The translations under genes and the position numbers were made by a program. The notes below the pieces were generated by a model that was not told the origin of the DNA, did not search any database, and saw only the letters and a list, made by a program, of their open reading frames with translations. A stretch of 64,000 bases of DNA from Microthrixaceae bacterium (GTDB lineage: Bacteria; Actinomycetota; Acidimicrobiia; Acidimicrobiales; VFJN01). Below, one piece after another: positions 18,684-28,448 of this stretch (positions are counted from its first letter, which is position 1; each line of letters opens with the position of its first letter). The stretch covers positions 6,368 to 70,367 of the forward strand of contig JBQTKH010000105.1 in the NCBI GenBank assembly GCA_052386335.1, in the 5' to 3' direction.

Positions 18684-19360
18684 CAGCTCGCCTGCAGCTG
18701 GGCGACCTTCGAGAGGATCGTCTTGCGGCCCCGGTTGGCCGCCTCGTACTGACGAACGGCCTCGAGCTCGATCGACGACAGCCCTGCGAGCCGGTTCACG
18801 ACGTGGGATGCCGACAACCCGTCGTAGTCCGGGATGGCCAGGTCGACCGGCGCGGCAGCTGCCGGCGTGGCCGCAGCCGCCGTGGTGGCCTTCGGTGTTG
18901 TGGCCTTCGGTGCCGCGCTGGCGGTCGCAACCCCCGCGACCTTGCGCGCAGCGGCTCGGGCCGCACCGGGGGCCTTGGAGGGTCGCGTGGCGGCGGAGGC
19001 GGTTCGGGCGGGCGCAGCGGGCGCCGTCGGCGTGGGCGTGGGCGTGACGCTCCCGCCGATGAAGTCGAGCACGCCCGCCGCCTGGTCGCCGAGCTTGGTG
19101 GCGGCCTTCGTGGCCTCGCCTTTGCCCTGCTCCAGCGCGAACTTCCCGATCATCCGGGCCATGGTGACCTGGTTGCGGCCCTTCTCGACCAGCTGTGGGA
19201 GCAGCGACGCCCCTTCGAAGAGCAGCCCGATCGGGGCGTAGATGAAGGTCTCGACCGCGTGCTCCACGGCCGCCTCCGCGGGCGTCTTGGCGGGCTGATC
19301 GTTCGGCTGGTCGGTCACCGGTCCATCCTGGCTGGTCGAGACTGCGGCAGGAAAGCTCAC
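18683..19360 (-). CDS. hypothetical protein with Ala/Pro/Thr-rich linker and conserved C-terminal helical domain
   Basis: 225-aa ORF with GTGA overlap to the DUF4193 gene. N-terminal helical region, a low-complexity PTPTPTAPAAPA...KATTPKATTAAAA linker, and C-terminal DLAIPDYDGLSASHVVNRLAGLSSIELEAVRQYE (Rho-N/SAP-like helix-hairpin flavour). Confidence 0.7.
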   Translation of the reverse strand: MSFPAAVSTSQDGPVTDQPNDQPAKTPAEAAVEHAVETFIYAPIGLLFEGASLLPQLVEKGRNQVTMARMIGKFALEQGKGEATKAATKLGDQAAGVLDFIGGSVTPTPTPTAPAAPARTASAATRPSKAPGAARAAARKVAGVATASAAPKATTPKATTAAAATPAAAAPVDLAIPDYDGLSASHVVNRLAGLSSIELEAVRQYEAANRGRKTILSKVAQLQAS

Positions 19361-19842
19361 ACGCAGTCGGCGCAGAGGCGGTGCTTCGCGTCCGCGAGCT
19401 GGCTCGGGTGCTTCACGAGGAAGCAGGACTGGCAGACGAACTCACCGGGGCGCTTGGGCTGGATCCGGCCGGTCCCGTCAGCGCGCTCCTCCGGCTCGGG
19501 AGCGGCCTCCTCCTCGTCGTCTTCCTCTTCCTCGGCTGCCGCCAACCGATCCTTCAGGATGGCGTCGAGGTCGGCCTCGACATCGTCGGGGTCGGCGTCG
19601 TCATCGTCCTCTGCGTCGTCGTCGTCATCGTCACGCTTGGCCTTGACCGGCGCGACGACGGCGTCGACGTCGTCTTCGTCCTCGTCGTCCACGACAACGA
19701 CGTCCTCATCGAGGTCGTCGTCCACCACGACCAAGTCGTCCACATCGAGCTCGTCGTCGTCGTCGAGGTCGTCCGGCTCCTCGTCGAGGTCGTCCGGCTC
19801 ATCGAGCTCTTCTTCCTCGATGACCTCGTCGTCGTCAGCCAT
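19357..19842 (-). CDS. DUF4193-like protein (hyper-acidic N-terminus plus C-terminal zinc ribbon)
   Basis: 161-aa ORF. The first ~115 aa are mostly Asp/Glu. C-terminus is PGEFVCQSCFLVKHPSQLADAKHRLCADCV (CxxC...CxxC), as in actinobacterial DUF4193 proteins. Confidence 0.8.
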   Translation of the reverse strand: MADDDEVIEEEELDEPDDLDEEPDDLDDDDELDVDDLVVVDDDLDEDVVVVDDEDEDDVDAVVAPVKAKRDDDDDDAEDDDDADPDDVEADLDAILKDRLAAAEEEEDDEEEAAPEPEERADGTGRIQPKRPGEFVCQSCFLVKHPSQLADAKHRLCADCV

Positions 19843-19999
19843 GCCTGTCCTCGTTGGGGGGTGTCGGGGGGGTGTGCGGCGGGATCATAGGCCCGCGCCT
19901 CCACGATGAGGCAACCCTTGCCAGGGCGCCCGCGCGGGGCCGCTCAGGGTATCGAGGTCGACGCCGAACCGGCGATGCGGCCGAGGGATCGGGGAGCGG

Positions 20000-21190
20000 T
20001 CAGCAGGCCGCGCTGATGCGAGGGTACGGGTTGACCGCCGCACCGCCGCCTGGGTGCACCTCGAAGTGCACGTGGGTGGCGCCGCCGGCGGCGTTGCCGG
20101 AGCTCCCGACGTAGCCGATCACGGCCCCGGCGCTCACGCGCCCACCGGTGCCGAACTGATCCAGGTGGGTGTAGTAGTACGACACCCCGTCGTCACCGGT
20201 GAGCTTCACCTGCTTGCCGCCGATCCGACCCACCGTCTGGAGTGCCGTCCCTGCCACCACCGCTACGGCGGGAGTACCCCGAGCCGCGAAGAGGTCGTTG
20301 CCCTCGTGGAACCGCCCGCCGGATCGCGGAAAGCCCCAGTCGTTCATGTGGCGCATCGGACCCTGGATCGGGCAGACCAGGCTGGTCGAGCCTCCCGAGG
20401 TGCTCGGGATCTTGAGCTCCTGGCCCACCACCACCAGGTCGGGATCCGTGATCCCGTTGGCGTCCTGGATGGCCCGGATCGTGGTGCCATAGCGCTGCGC
20501 GACGCTCGACAGCGTCTGACCAGGAGCGATCGTGTGGGTGACGCCAGCGGCCCCGGCGGCGGGGGCGGGGGTGGCGCTGGTGCTGGGAACGAGCGCGAGG
20601 CGCTGACCGACGTACACGCGGCCGTCGGTGAGGCCGTTGGCAGCGATCAGCTGCACCTGGCTGATCGCATAGCGCGTCGCGATGCCGCTGATCGTCTCGC
20701 CTGACCGAACGACGTGGTGGGTTGCCCCACCCGCGGGCGCCTTGGTGGCCGTGGGGGCGGCGGGTGGCGCCGACGGAGCAGCTGCGCCCGCGGCGGCGAC
20801 CGGGACGGACAGCACCTGCCCGATCCGGACGAGGTTCGGGTTCTTGATGCCGTTCAGCGCGACGAGGCTGGCGATGCTCGTGCCTGCCTTGCTGGCGATG
20901 CTGCCCAGCGTGTCGCCCCGCTGGACTCGGTAGGTGCTCGTCGCCGGGGCAGGGGCAGCCGCGGCCGTGGGAGCGGCGCCGGGGAGCGTCAGGCGCGTAC
21001 CGACGAGGATCCGGTTGGGGTTGCTGATCCCATTGGCCTGGACCAGGGCGGCGACGGTGGTGTCGTGCCCGGCGGCGATGCCGGCGAGGGTCTCACCCCG
21101 GCTGACCGTGTGGGTGCCGGTGCCGAGGAGGGCGAGGAAGGCCAGGACGACGACGGAGCTCGTCGTGGAGAGGGTTCGATGGGCGCGCAT
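20000..21190 (-). CDS. secreted LysM-repeat M23 family peptidoglycan endopeptidase
   Basis: ATG 21190 preceded by GGAGG. Signal peptide (MRAHRTLSTTSSVVVLAFLALLG). Four LysM repeats (e.g. HTVSRGETLAGIAAGHDTTVAALVQANGI). C-terminal M23 motifs HEGNDLFA and HVHFEVH. Confidence 0.9.
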   Translation of the reverse strand: MRAHRTLSTTSSVVVLAFLALLGTGTHTVSRGETLAGIAAGHDTTVAALVQANGISNPNRILVGTRLTLPGAAPTAAAAPAPATSTYRVQRGDTLGSIASKAGTSIASLVALNGIKNPNLVRIGQVLSVPVAAAGAAAPSAPPAAPTATKAPAGGATHHVVRSGETISGIATRYAISQVQLIAANGLTDGRVYVGQRLALVPSTSATPAPAAGAAGVTHTIAPGQTLSSVAQRYGTTIRAIQDANGITDPDLVVVGQELKIPSTSGGSTSLVCPIQGPMRHMNDWGFPRSGGRFHEGNDLFAARGTPAVAVVAGTALQTVGRIGGKQVKLTGDDGVSYYYTHLDQFGTGGRVSAGAVIGYVGSSGNAAGGATHVHFEVHPGGGAAVNPYPRISAAC

Positions 21191-21279
21191 GGATCCTCCG
21201 GGTCTCCGCCCGCCTGGTCGGAACCTACCTGTCCCCCACCTGCCCCACAAGCCCCTTGCGCAACACCAGCCTCAGGGGG

Positions 21280-22887
21280 TCAGCGAGACTGGCGCCGAGT
21301 CTCGGCCCGCCGCTCGGCCTCCAGGCGCTCGAGGGTGGGCTCCGGTGAGTGGTCCACGTGGCGCATCGCCTCGGCGACGGCCACATGGCCGGCCTGCTCG
21401 GCGATGAGCCGGTGCATGTCCTGGCCCACGATGCGGTACGCCGGATGGCCCTGCGGGGTCGTGCGCAGCTCCAGCATGTGCATGGCCTCGCGGGCGTTGA
21501 GGTGGAGGTAGAAGCGCACGCGGTAGGCGAGGGACACCGCGTAGGCCGCCTGGGCGGGGAAGCGCTCGACGAGGGCGTCGTGGAGATCGGCGGACCGCTC
21601 CATCGCCTCGTCGAAGCGGGCCGCGCAACCGGCCATCTCCACCGCCTCCGGACGGGTGAACCCATGGCGAGGGCTCAGCTGCTGCCACTCGATCGACAGC
21701 ATGCGGTGGCGCTGGAGGTCTCGGAACGCCCCGTAGTCGGCCAAGACGTCGAACCGGTAGGTGAGCCGCTCGAAGGCGCGCCCGGGCTTGTGACGCCGAT
21801 TCGCCCGATCACCGACGTACGCGCGAATCACCGACAGGCGCTCCTCGGTGGTCATCGCCCGCACCCGCTGGTCGAGCACTGCCTCGCTCAGGTGGGTGTG
21901 CGAGTAGAGGATGGCGGCGACCAGCTTCACCTCGCCGTCGGGATCCCAGTCGACCAGGGCCACCGACGGCGCTTCCGGGGTGGGGTCGACGGGGGGCACG
22001 AGCTGTTGGGCCAGCTCCTCCACGGCCGACCGGGTGCTGGCGAGGTACGTGCTCCAGGCAACGCCCCGGTCGTCGAGGTCGACCCGCTTGAGGAAGCTGG
22101 GGATGACCTTGCGCAGCTCCGTGAGCATCAGATCCGCATAGGCCCGGGCCTCCGGAAGCGGGTGCGACCGCATGCGCAGGAGCAGCGCCTCGTAGCCCTG
22201 ACCGGTGCCGTAGATCCCGACGTTGGAGAGCGACGCGGCCGGGAGCACGCCACGGACCGCGTCGAAGGCCTTGGCTCGGATGGCCTGGCGGTAGACGAAG
22301 TCGGAGTCGGCCGGGTCCTTCGGGAACTGCTCCCGGTAGAAGTCGGACATGATCGGCACGAGCTCGGCGTAGGAGTCGAACAGGCGGTCCATGTCGCCGA
22401 TGTAGCGGAGACCGAGACCCGAGCCCAGCACCTCAGGGTCGCGGAAGTAGCGGTAGCGCCCCCCGAGACGGGTGTCGTAGGCGATGTAGCGGGTGGACTG
22501 CTCGAGGTAGGCCATCAGCCGGCCCCACTCGAGGACCTTCGTGAGGAGGTTCGAGGCCTGCTCGCAGGCGAGGTGCACGCCGCCGAGCTGGGCGACGGAG
22601 TCGTCGCCGTACTCGAAGAACACCCGGTCGTAGAGCTCCTCTGCTCGACGCAGGCCCACCGTGGCATCGATCGTGGTGTCGCCGGTGATGTCGAGATCGC
22701 CGACGAACTCGTCCAGGAACAGGCGGCGCAGGCTCTTGGAGCTGCGGGAGTACCGGGCGAACAGCGCCCCCTTCACCACCTCGGGGAGGTTCACCAGGGC
22801 GAAGACCGGACCATCGAGGTTCGTGAAGTACCGGCGGAGGATGTCGGCCTCGTCGGCCGTGAACTCCTCGGCGATGTAGACGGTCAT
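21280..22887 (-). CDS. thyX: long ThyX-like FAD-dependent thymidylate synthase family protein
   Basis: 535-aa ORF. ThyX signature RHRMLS near the C-terminal third (FRDLQRHRMLSIEWQ). N-terminal ALFARYSRSSKSLRRLF. About twice the length of canonical ThyX. Confidence 0.7.
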   Translation of the reverse strand: MTVYIAEEFTADEADILRRYFTNLDGPVFALVNLPEVVKGALFARYSRSSKSLRRLFLDEFVGDLDITGDTTIDATVGLRRAEELYDRVFFEYGDDSVAQLGGVHLACEQASNLLTKVLEWGRLMAYLEQSTRYIAYDTRLGGRYRYFRDPEVLGSGLGLRYIGDMDRLFDSYAELVPIMSDFYREQFPKDPADSDFVYRQAIRAKAFDAVRGVLPAASLSNVGIYGTGQGYEALLLRMRSHPLPEARAYADLMLTELRKVIPSFLKRVDLDDRGVAWSTYLASTRSAVEELAQQLVPPVDPTPEAPSVALVDWDPDGEVKLVAAILYSHTHLSEAVLDQRVRAMTTEERLSVIRAYVGDRANRRHKPGRAFERLTYRFDVLADYGAFRDLQRHRMLSIEWQQLSPRHGFTRPEAVEMAGCAARFDEAMERSADLHDALVERFPAQAAYAVSLAYRVRFYLHLNAREAMHMLELRTTPQGHPAYRIVGQDMHRLIAEQAGHVAVAEAMRHVDHSPEPTLERLEAERRAETRRQSR

Positions 22888-22932
22888 CGGGCGATCCTGG
22901 GGCGAGTGGGGATCCAGATCGTACGCCCGGCC

Positions 22933-24159
22933 TCACCCACCGATCGCGGACCTTCGAGCCTCCGGGCCCACACGGGCCATCGTGGCTGCAAACTCGGCCT
23001 CCACGGCGGCCAGGGCCCCGTCGGCCAGCCACAGATCGGCGACGGTCCAGGCCATGGCGATGGCACCGTCGATCACCGCTCGGTCACCGGGCTCGCTGAT
23101 CGCATGACCCGCGAACTCTGGGGTGTGGATCGGCACGCCGGCCGGTGCGGCCTGGATCATGGGGTGGATCGAGGGCACGACGTAGCTGACGTTGCCCATG
23201 TCGGTGCTGCCCACCACGGAGAAGGCCGGATCGGGGTTGGCGAGGTCGCGGCCAAGGGCTTCGGCGTTCGCTCGGTACAGGTCGACCATCACCTCGTTGT
23301 CGAGCATGTCCGCGTAGACCACCGACTTCCACGCGATGTCGACGTCGCATCCGGCTGCTGCGGCACCCGCTCGGAGACAGGCCTCGACGCGTTCCTTGAG
23401 GGGCGCAAGGGTGCGGATGCTCCGCGACCGCACCATCCACTCGGTACGGGCCATCGACGGCACGATGTTCGGCTTGTCGCCCCCCGCGGTGATGATGCCG
23501 TGCACCCGCTCGTTGGGGCGGATGTGCTGGCGGAGGGCGGCCACGTTCAGGTAGCCGAGCACCGCTGCGTCGAGGGCGTTGCGACCCCGATGCGGGAACG
23601 CGGCGGCGTGGGCTGCCTCGCCGGTGTAGGTCGCGGTGACCTCCTGCACGGCGATGACATCCATGCGGGCGAGGTCGGCACCGGCCGGGTGCACCATCAG
23701 GGCCGCGTCGACGCCGTCGAACGCGCCCCGCTGCGCCATGACGATCTTCCCGCCGCCGCCCTCTTCGGCCGGCGTGCCGAGCACGACGACCTGGCCGCCG
23801 GCCTCCTCGGCCAGCGCTGCGGCGGCCAGACCGGCACCGAGGCCCGCAGTGGCGATGATGTTGTGGCCGCACGCGTGGCCGATGCCCGGCAGGGCGTCGT
23901 ACTCCAGGAGCACCGCGATCGACGGCCCGGTCGAGCCAGCCCGAGCCACGAAGGCCGTGTCGAGATCGAACGCCCCGCGCTCGACGGCGAGGCCCTCTCC
24001 TGCGAGCACCTCGGTGAGCAGGTCGTGGGCGAAGTGCTCGTCGAAGTTCAGCTCGGGGTGGGCGTGGATCTGGTGGGAGGCATCGAGGAGCACCTCGGCG
24101 CGGGCCTCCACCTCGGAGCGAAGGCGTTCCTTGAGGTCGGCGAGGTCCACGTCGGGCAC
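22933..24159 (-). CDS. M20 family metallo-hydrolase / amidohydrolase
   Basis: 408-aa ORF with HPELNFDEHFAH, DALPGIGHACGHNI and PAEEGGGGK metal-site-like motifs typical of M20D amidohydrolases. Confidence 0.85.
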   Translation of the reverse strand: MPDVDLADLKERLRSEVEARAEVLLDASHQIHAHPELNFDEHFAHDLLTEVLAGEGLAVERGAFDLDTAFVARAGSTGPSIAVLLEYDALPGIGHACGHNIIATAGLGAGLAAAALAEEAGGQVVVLGTPAEEGGGGKIVMAQRGAFDGVDAALMVHPAGADLARMDVIAVQEVTATYTGEAAHAAAFPHRGRNALDAAVLGYLNVAALRQHIRPNERVHGIITAGGDKPNIVPSMARTEWMVRSRSIRTLAPLKERVEACLRAGAAAAGCDVDIAWKSVVYADMLDNEVMVDLYRANAEALGRDLANPDPAFSVVGSTDMGNVSYVVPSIHPMIQAAPAGVPIHTPEFAGHAISEPGDRAVIDGAIAMAWTVADLWLADGALAAVEAEFAATMARVGPEARRSAIGG

Positions 24160-24160
24160 C

Positions 24161-25144
24161 CTACTGGTGCGACAGCACCACCTTGCCGAGCTGGGCGGCA
24201 GACTCCAGGCGCTTCAAGGCCGCGGGGTACTCGTCGAGGGACATGACGGCATCGACGGCCACCGGGAGGCCCTGCGCCACGAGCCGCGTGACCTCCGCGA
24301 ACTCGGGGTACGACCCCATCGTCGAGCCGATGATCTCCACCTGCTTGAAGAACAGCTTCGGCAGGTTGAGCTCCACCGTCTGGCCGGAGGTGCCGCCGCA
24401 GACGGCCAGCCGCCCACCGGGGACCAGGGCACCGATGGACTGCTCCCAGGTGGCAGGGCCCACGCTCTCCACCACCACATGGGCCTTCACCGGCCACGGC
24501 CCGGCCGAGTCGTAGGCCCCGACCGCGCCCCATCCGAGGGCCGCCTCACGCTTGGCGGGGTCCCGTGACGTCACGTGCACCTCGGCCCCCATCCGCACAG
24601 CGAGGTGGAGCGCGGCAGCGCTCACCCCGCCGCCCACGCCAACGATCAGGCAGCACTCCCCCGCCGCCAGGCGCGCCCGTCGGAGCATCCGCCAAGCGGT
24701 GAGGGTGGCCAGCGGGTAGGCGGCGCACTCCTCCCAGGTGCGCCCGGCGGGCTTGGGCAGCACGTTGCGGGCCGGGACGACGACCTCCGCGCCGTGCCCA
24801 CCCCACCGTTGCTCACCCAGGATCTGGAAGCCGCGGCCGAGCGGAGCGTCGACACCCAGGGCGACCACCGCCTCGAGCGGGCACACCGCGGGGTTCACCA
24901 CGACCTCGTCGCCAACGACGACGTTGGTCACCTCGCGCCCCACGGCCGAGACCGTGCCAGCGACATCGCAGCCGGGCACGTGTGGCAGCCGCGGGCGCGG
25001 CCGACCGCGGGTGAGCCAGAGGTCCATGTGGTTCAGCGCGCTCGCCATCGGACGGACGGCGACGTCGTCGGGCCCCACCTCGGGGGCGTCGATCTCGCCC
25101 CCCCGGTAGTCACCCGGCGACTCATCGAGGATCCATGCGCGCAT
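24161..25144 (-). CDS. zinc-type alcohol dehydrogenase / quinone oxidoreductase (MDR superfamily)
   Basis: 327-aa ORF. GroES-like N-domain and a Rossmann segment (CLIVGVGGGVSAAALHLAVRMGAEV). Confidence 0.85.
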   Translation of the reverse strand: MRAWILDESPGDYRGGEIDAPEVGPDDVAVRPMASALNHMDLWLTRGRPRPRLPHVPGCDVAGTVSAVGREVTNVVVGDEVVVNPAVCPLEAVVALGVDAPLGRGFQILGEQRWGGHGAEVVVPARNVLPKPAGRTWEECAAYPLATLTAWRMLRRARLAAGECCLIVGVGGGVSAAALHLAVRMGAEVHVTSRDPAKREAALGWGAVGAYDSAGPWPVKAHVVVESVGPATWEQSIGALVPGGRLAVCGGTSGQTVELNLPKLFFKQVEIIGSTMGSYPEFAEVTRLVAQGLPVAVDAVMSLDEYPAALKRLESAAQLGKVVLSHQ

Positions 25145-25164
25145 GGCGAGACGGTACAGGCGGC

Positions 25165-25776
25165 TCAGATCACACAGCGCAGCGCGTCGGGCTCAACCCG
25201 GATCGACAGGCTCCGTGCGGCGCCCACCGACTCACCATCGAGGATCACCGGCGTCGGCCGCTCGAAGTCGACCTGCACCGCGTGGACCCGTCGCACCTCG
25301 ATCCCCGGGTGGGGCACGTGCGTGCCCAGCGGGAGACGGCGTCGGGCGATGATCCGCTGGCCGAACGGGAGATCCCCGTCGAGCAGGTCGAGGTAGCCGT
25401 CGTTGGGATGCCCCTTCGGCGCGACGTCCCAGTCACCCAGGTACTGCGCGTTCATGGCCGCGACGACTCGCCCGACCCACCAGCTGCGCTTGGCGACGAG
25501 GTGGGCCGCGAACCAGTGCAGCCGGCCATCCACGAGCACCGAGCCCAGGTCGACGGGGAGCGTGACCGCGTCGGCGCCGTGGAGGTGCGCCTCGTCACCT
25601 CGGCCGCCGAGGGTCCGACACAGGTCGCCCCCGAGCAGACCGAGCACGGGGATCGACGCCCCTCGGCGTCGGGCGTCGGTGATCGCGGCTCGCAGCTCGG
25701 CATCTGAGCGCACCACCACGCCGTCGGCAGGAAGGGCACCGGGAGCGCCCCACGCCTCCCCCTTGCGGATCGTCAC
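25165..25776 (-). CDS. hypothetical protein (weak resemblance to lipid-kinase accessory domain)
   Basis: 203-aa ORF with a 4-nt overlap to the helY stop. Contains HPNDGYLDLLDG. No confident family assignment. Confidence 0.6.
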   Translation of the reverse strand: MTIRKGEAWGAPGALPADGVVVRSDAELRAAITDARRRGASIPVLGLLGGDLCRTLGGRGDEAHLHGADAVTLPVDLGSVLVDGRLHWFAAHLVAKRSWWVGRVVAAMNAQYLGDWDVAPKGHPNDGYLDLLDGDLPFGQRIIARRRLPLGTHVPHPGIEVRRVHAVQVDFERPTPVILDGESVGAARSLSIRVEPDALRCVI

Positions 25777-28448
25777 TCGCCCGCCTCTGCGGGACCGCCG
25801 TCGGGATCCCCGACGTCGAGCGCCGAGGTGGCCGTGACAACGCCGCGCTGGATCGCCTCGGCAGCCTGTCTGGCTCGGGCGGCGGTGGCGGGGACCGGGG
25901 CAACGTCACCGATGCCGCGCAGCAGGTCGATGAGCTGCTTGACGTTGCGGACGAAGTCGCCTCCGGAGAGCTCCTCGTCCTCGAGCACCGACGCCAGCCC
26001 GCCACCCGAGGCCCACGCATGGGCGAGGTGCACGAACCCCGGATCGGGAGGGCGGGTGACCGGTAGGCCAGCCGACTCCTCGTCGGCCGCCAGCTCGCTC
26101 GACAGCGCCTCCAGGGTCCGAAAGCGATCGCGCAGTGTGGAGGACGGAAAGCGAGGATCGGGCGGACGATCGCGACTGCGGTGCTCATAGGTGAAGCACG
26201 AGGCCAACGCCGCCAGCGACGCGACATCCAGGTCGTCGAGGAGGCCCGTGGTCAGCGCCTCGGCCACGAGAAGATCCGACTCGTGGTAGGTGCGGGCGAG
26301 CACCTCGCCCGCGTCGGTGAGGGCCCAGCCGTCGAGGTACCCCCAGGCCTCGAGCAACCGCAGCACCCGATCGAACCGGCGAGCCAGCGACTCGGTGCGC
26401 CCGCGCACCTGGCGGTGCAGGTCGTCGATCTCGCGCGCCACCCGCTCGGCCTGCACCGACGCCCGGACGTGGGCCTCGCGGTCAGGGCAGTCGGCCACCG
26501 GGTGACCCTCGGCGGCCCGGAACGCCTGCTCGACGACATCGTCAGCGGCCGTGTCGTCCGCGGGCTCGGAGGCGGGCTGGCCCGGGCCGAGGCGCGCCTG
26601 GCGGAGGGCGTTGCCGACCTGCTGCTGGAACGCCCGGCTGTTCGGGTTGTACGGGAGCGGGAGCTCCACGCTGCCAAGGGCGCGGGGCTCCTCGACGAGG
26701 TCGTCGGCGTTGATGGTGCGGGGCTTGTCACGCTCGTCCACCAGGTGGAGCCGGGGCTGGCCCTTGCGATGGGCCACGCTGAGCACCGCGAGCCGCATCC
26801 CGTCGATCATCACGACATCGCCAGGTGTGAGGCGGGTGAGGGCGGCGTGCACCCGCGAGACCGTGCCCCGGGGGGCAGCGCTGCCGGAGCTCCGACGGGT
26901 CGTCTCCAGGTCGGCGCGCAGCCTCCGGTACTCGACCACGTCGCCGCGCTCGCAGCTCGCCTCCTCCTGGAGCCGCTCGTGGCGAGTGCGCTGCCGCTCG
27001 AGTCGGGCCTCGATCCGCACCACGGCCTGATCGGCCTGGAACTGCGCAAAGGACAGGTTGAGGAGGTGGTGGGCCTGCTCCGGCGGGTAGACCCGCACGA
27101 GGTTGACCGCCATGTTGAACGTGGGGCGAAAGGCCGATCGCAGTGCGTAGGTGCGACTCGAGGCGAGTGCCGCCACCTGCTCGAAGGGCACGAACGGCGA
27201 CCAGAGCACGATCGCGTACCCGACGTCGTCGATCCCACGCCGGCCAGCGCGCCCGGTGACCTGGGTGTACTCCCCAGGGGTCAGCAGCTCCCGTCGCTCA
27301 CCGGTGAACTTCGTCAGGCGGTCGATCACGACCGAGCGAGCCGGCATGTTCACGCCCAGGGCGAGCGTCTCCGTGGCGAACACGGCCTTGGTGAGCCCCT
27401 CGGTGAAGCACGCCTCGACGGCCTCCTTGAACGGCGGGACCATGCCGGCGTGATGCGCAGCGACGCCTGCCTCGAGCCCAGCGAGGAAGCGATCGAAGCC
27501 GAGGACGTCCAGATCCGCGTCGGCCAGACCGGCGGTGCGCTCGTCGACGATGGCTCGCACCCGTGCTCGCTCCTCCGGCGTGGTCAGGCGCAGCCCGGCG
27601 TCGAGGCACACGTCGCGGGCCTCGTCACAGGCCTTCCGGCTGAAGATGAACGTGATGGCAGGCAGCATCCCCTCCTCCTGGAGCCGTTCGATCACCTCGA
27701 CCCGTCGGGGGGTGAAGAACCGGCGCCTCGGGCGCCCCCGCTGCCCTCGACCGCTGGTGTGCAGCGCCTCGTCGTCGAGACGGGCCGCCTCGGGGTTGGG
27801 GTGCCCATCGACGAGGGTGGGGAGCAGGTGCATCTCCTCGCTCGTCTTGTCGCCCACGCAGTAGAGGTTCTGCAGCTCGACCGGACGTCGCTCCTCGATC
27901 ACCGCATCCGTGACCCCCCGCACGGTGGAGATCCACTCGGCGAGCTCCTCGGCGTTGGAGACCGTCGCTGACAGGCAGACCAGTCGCACGTCGCCGGGGA
28001 GGTGGATGATGACCTCCTCCCACACCGGTCCTCGATAGGCGTCCTGGAGGTAGTGGACCTCGTCGAGCACGACGTACTGGAGGCCATCGAGGGCGTCGGA
28101 CCCCGCGTAGACCATGTTGCGGAGGACCTCGGTGGTCATGACCACGATCGGCGCGTCGCCGTTGATCGAGTTGTCGCCCGTGAGGAGACCGACCTGGTCG
28201 CTTCCGTGTCGCCGCGCGAGATCGGTGTACTTCTGGTTCGAGAGGGCCTTGATCGGGGCCGTGTAGAAGGCCTTGCCCCCCTCCGCCAGGGCCTTGGCCA
28301 CCGCGTACTCTGCGACGACGGTCTTCCCGGATCCGGTGGGCGCGGCGACGAGCACCGATCGGCCCGCGTCGATGGCGCTGATGGCGCGGAGCTGGAAGGG
28401 GTCGAGCGCGAAGTCGTAGCTCGCGACGAGATCCACAGGCCGGGCCAT
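25773..28448 (-). CDS. helY: Ski2-like DEAD/DEAH-box RNA helicase HelY
   Basis: 891-aa ORF with Walker A AAPTGSGKT, DEVH box (LDEVHYL), SAT (LSATV) and a DSHCT-like C-terminal domain. Syntenic with tatC/tatA as in mycobacteria. Confidence 0.92.
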   Translation of the reverse strand: MARPVDLVASYDFALDPFQLRAISAIDAGRSVLVAAPTGSGKTVVAEYAVAKALAEGGKAFYTAPIKALSNQKYTDLARRHGSDQVGLLTGDNSINGDAPIVVMTTEVLRNMVYAGSDALDGLQYVVLDEVHYLQDAYRGPVWEEVIIHLPGDVRLVCLSATVSNAEELAEWISTVRGVTDAVIEERRPVELQNLYCVGDKTSEEMHLLPTLVDGHPNPEAARLDDEALHTSGRGQRGRPRRRFFTPRRVEVIERLQEEGMLPAITFIFSRKACDEARDVCLDAGLRLTTPEERARVRAIVDERTAGLADADLDVLGFDRFLAGLEAGVAAHHAGMVPPFKEAVEACFTEGLTKAVFATETLALGVNMPARSVVIDRLTKFTGERRELLTPGEYTQVTGRAGRRGIDDVGYAIVLWSPFVPFEQVAALASSRTYALRSAFRPTFNMAVNLVRVYPPEQAHHLLNLSFAQFQADQAVVRIEARLERQRTRHERLQEEASCERGDVVEYRRLRADLETTRRSSGSAAPRGTVSRVHAALTRLTPGDVVMIDGMRLAVLSVAHRKGQPRLHLVDERDKPRTINADDLVEEPRALGSVELPLPYNPNSRAFQQQVGNALRQARLGPGQPASEPADDTAADDVVEQAFRAAEGHPVADCPDREAHVRASVQAERVAREIDDLHRQVRGRTESLARRFDRVLRLLEAWGYLDGWALTDAGEVLARTYHESDLLVAEALTTGLLDDLDVASLAALASCFTYEHRSRDRPPDPRFPSSTLRDRFRTLEALSSELAADEESAGLPVTRPPDPGFVHLAHAWASGGGLASVLEDEELSGGDFVRNVKQLIDLLRGIGDVAPVPATAARARQAAEAIQRGVVTATSALDVGDPDGGPAEAGE

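Noticed and set aside
21349-24246. 965-aa plus-strand ORF
   Set aside because: It runs antisense across three well-supported minus-strand genes (ThyX-like, M20 hydrolase, start of the oxidoreductase). Its composition is Gly/Arg/His/Val/Asp-rich and featureless. Shadow ORF.
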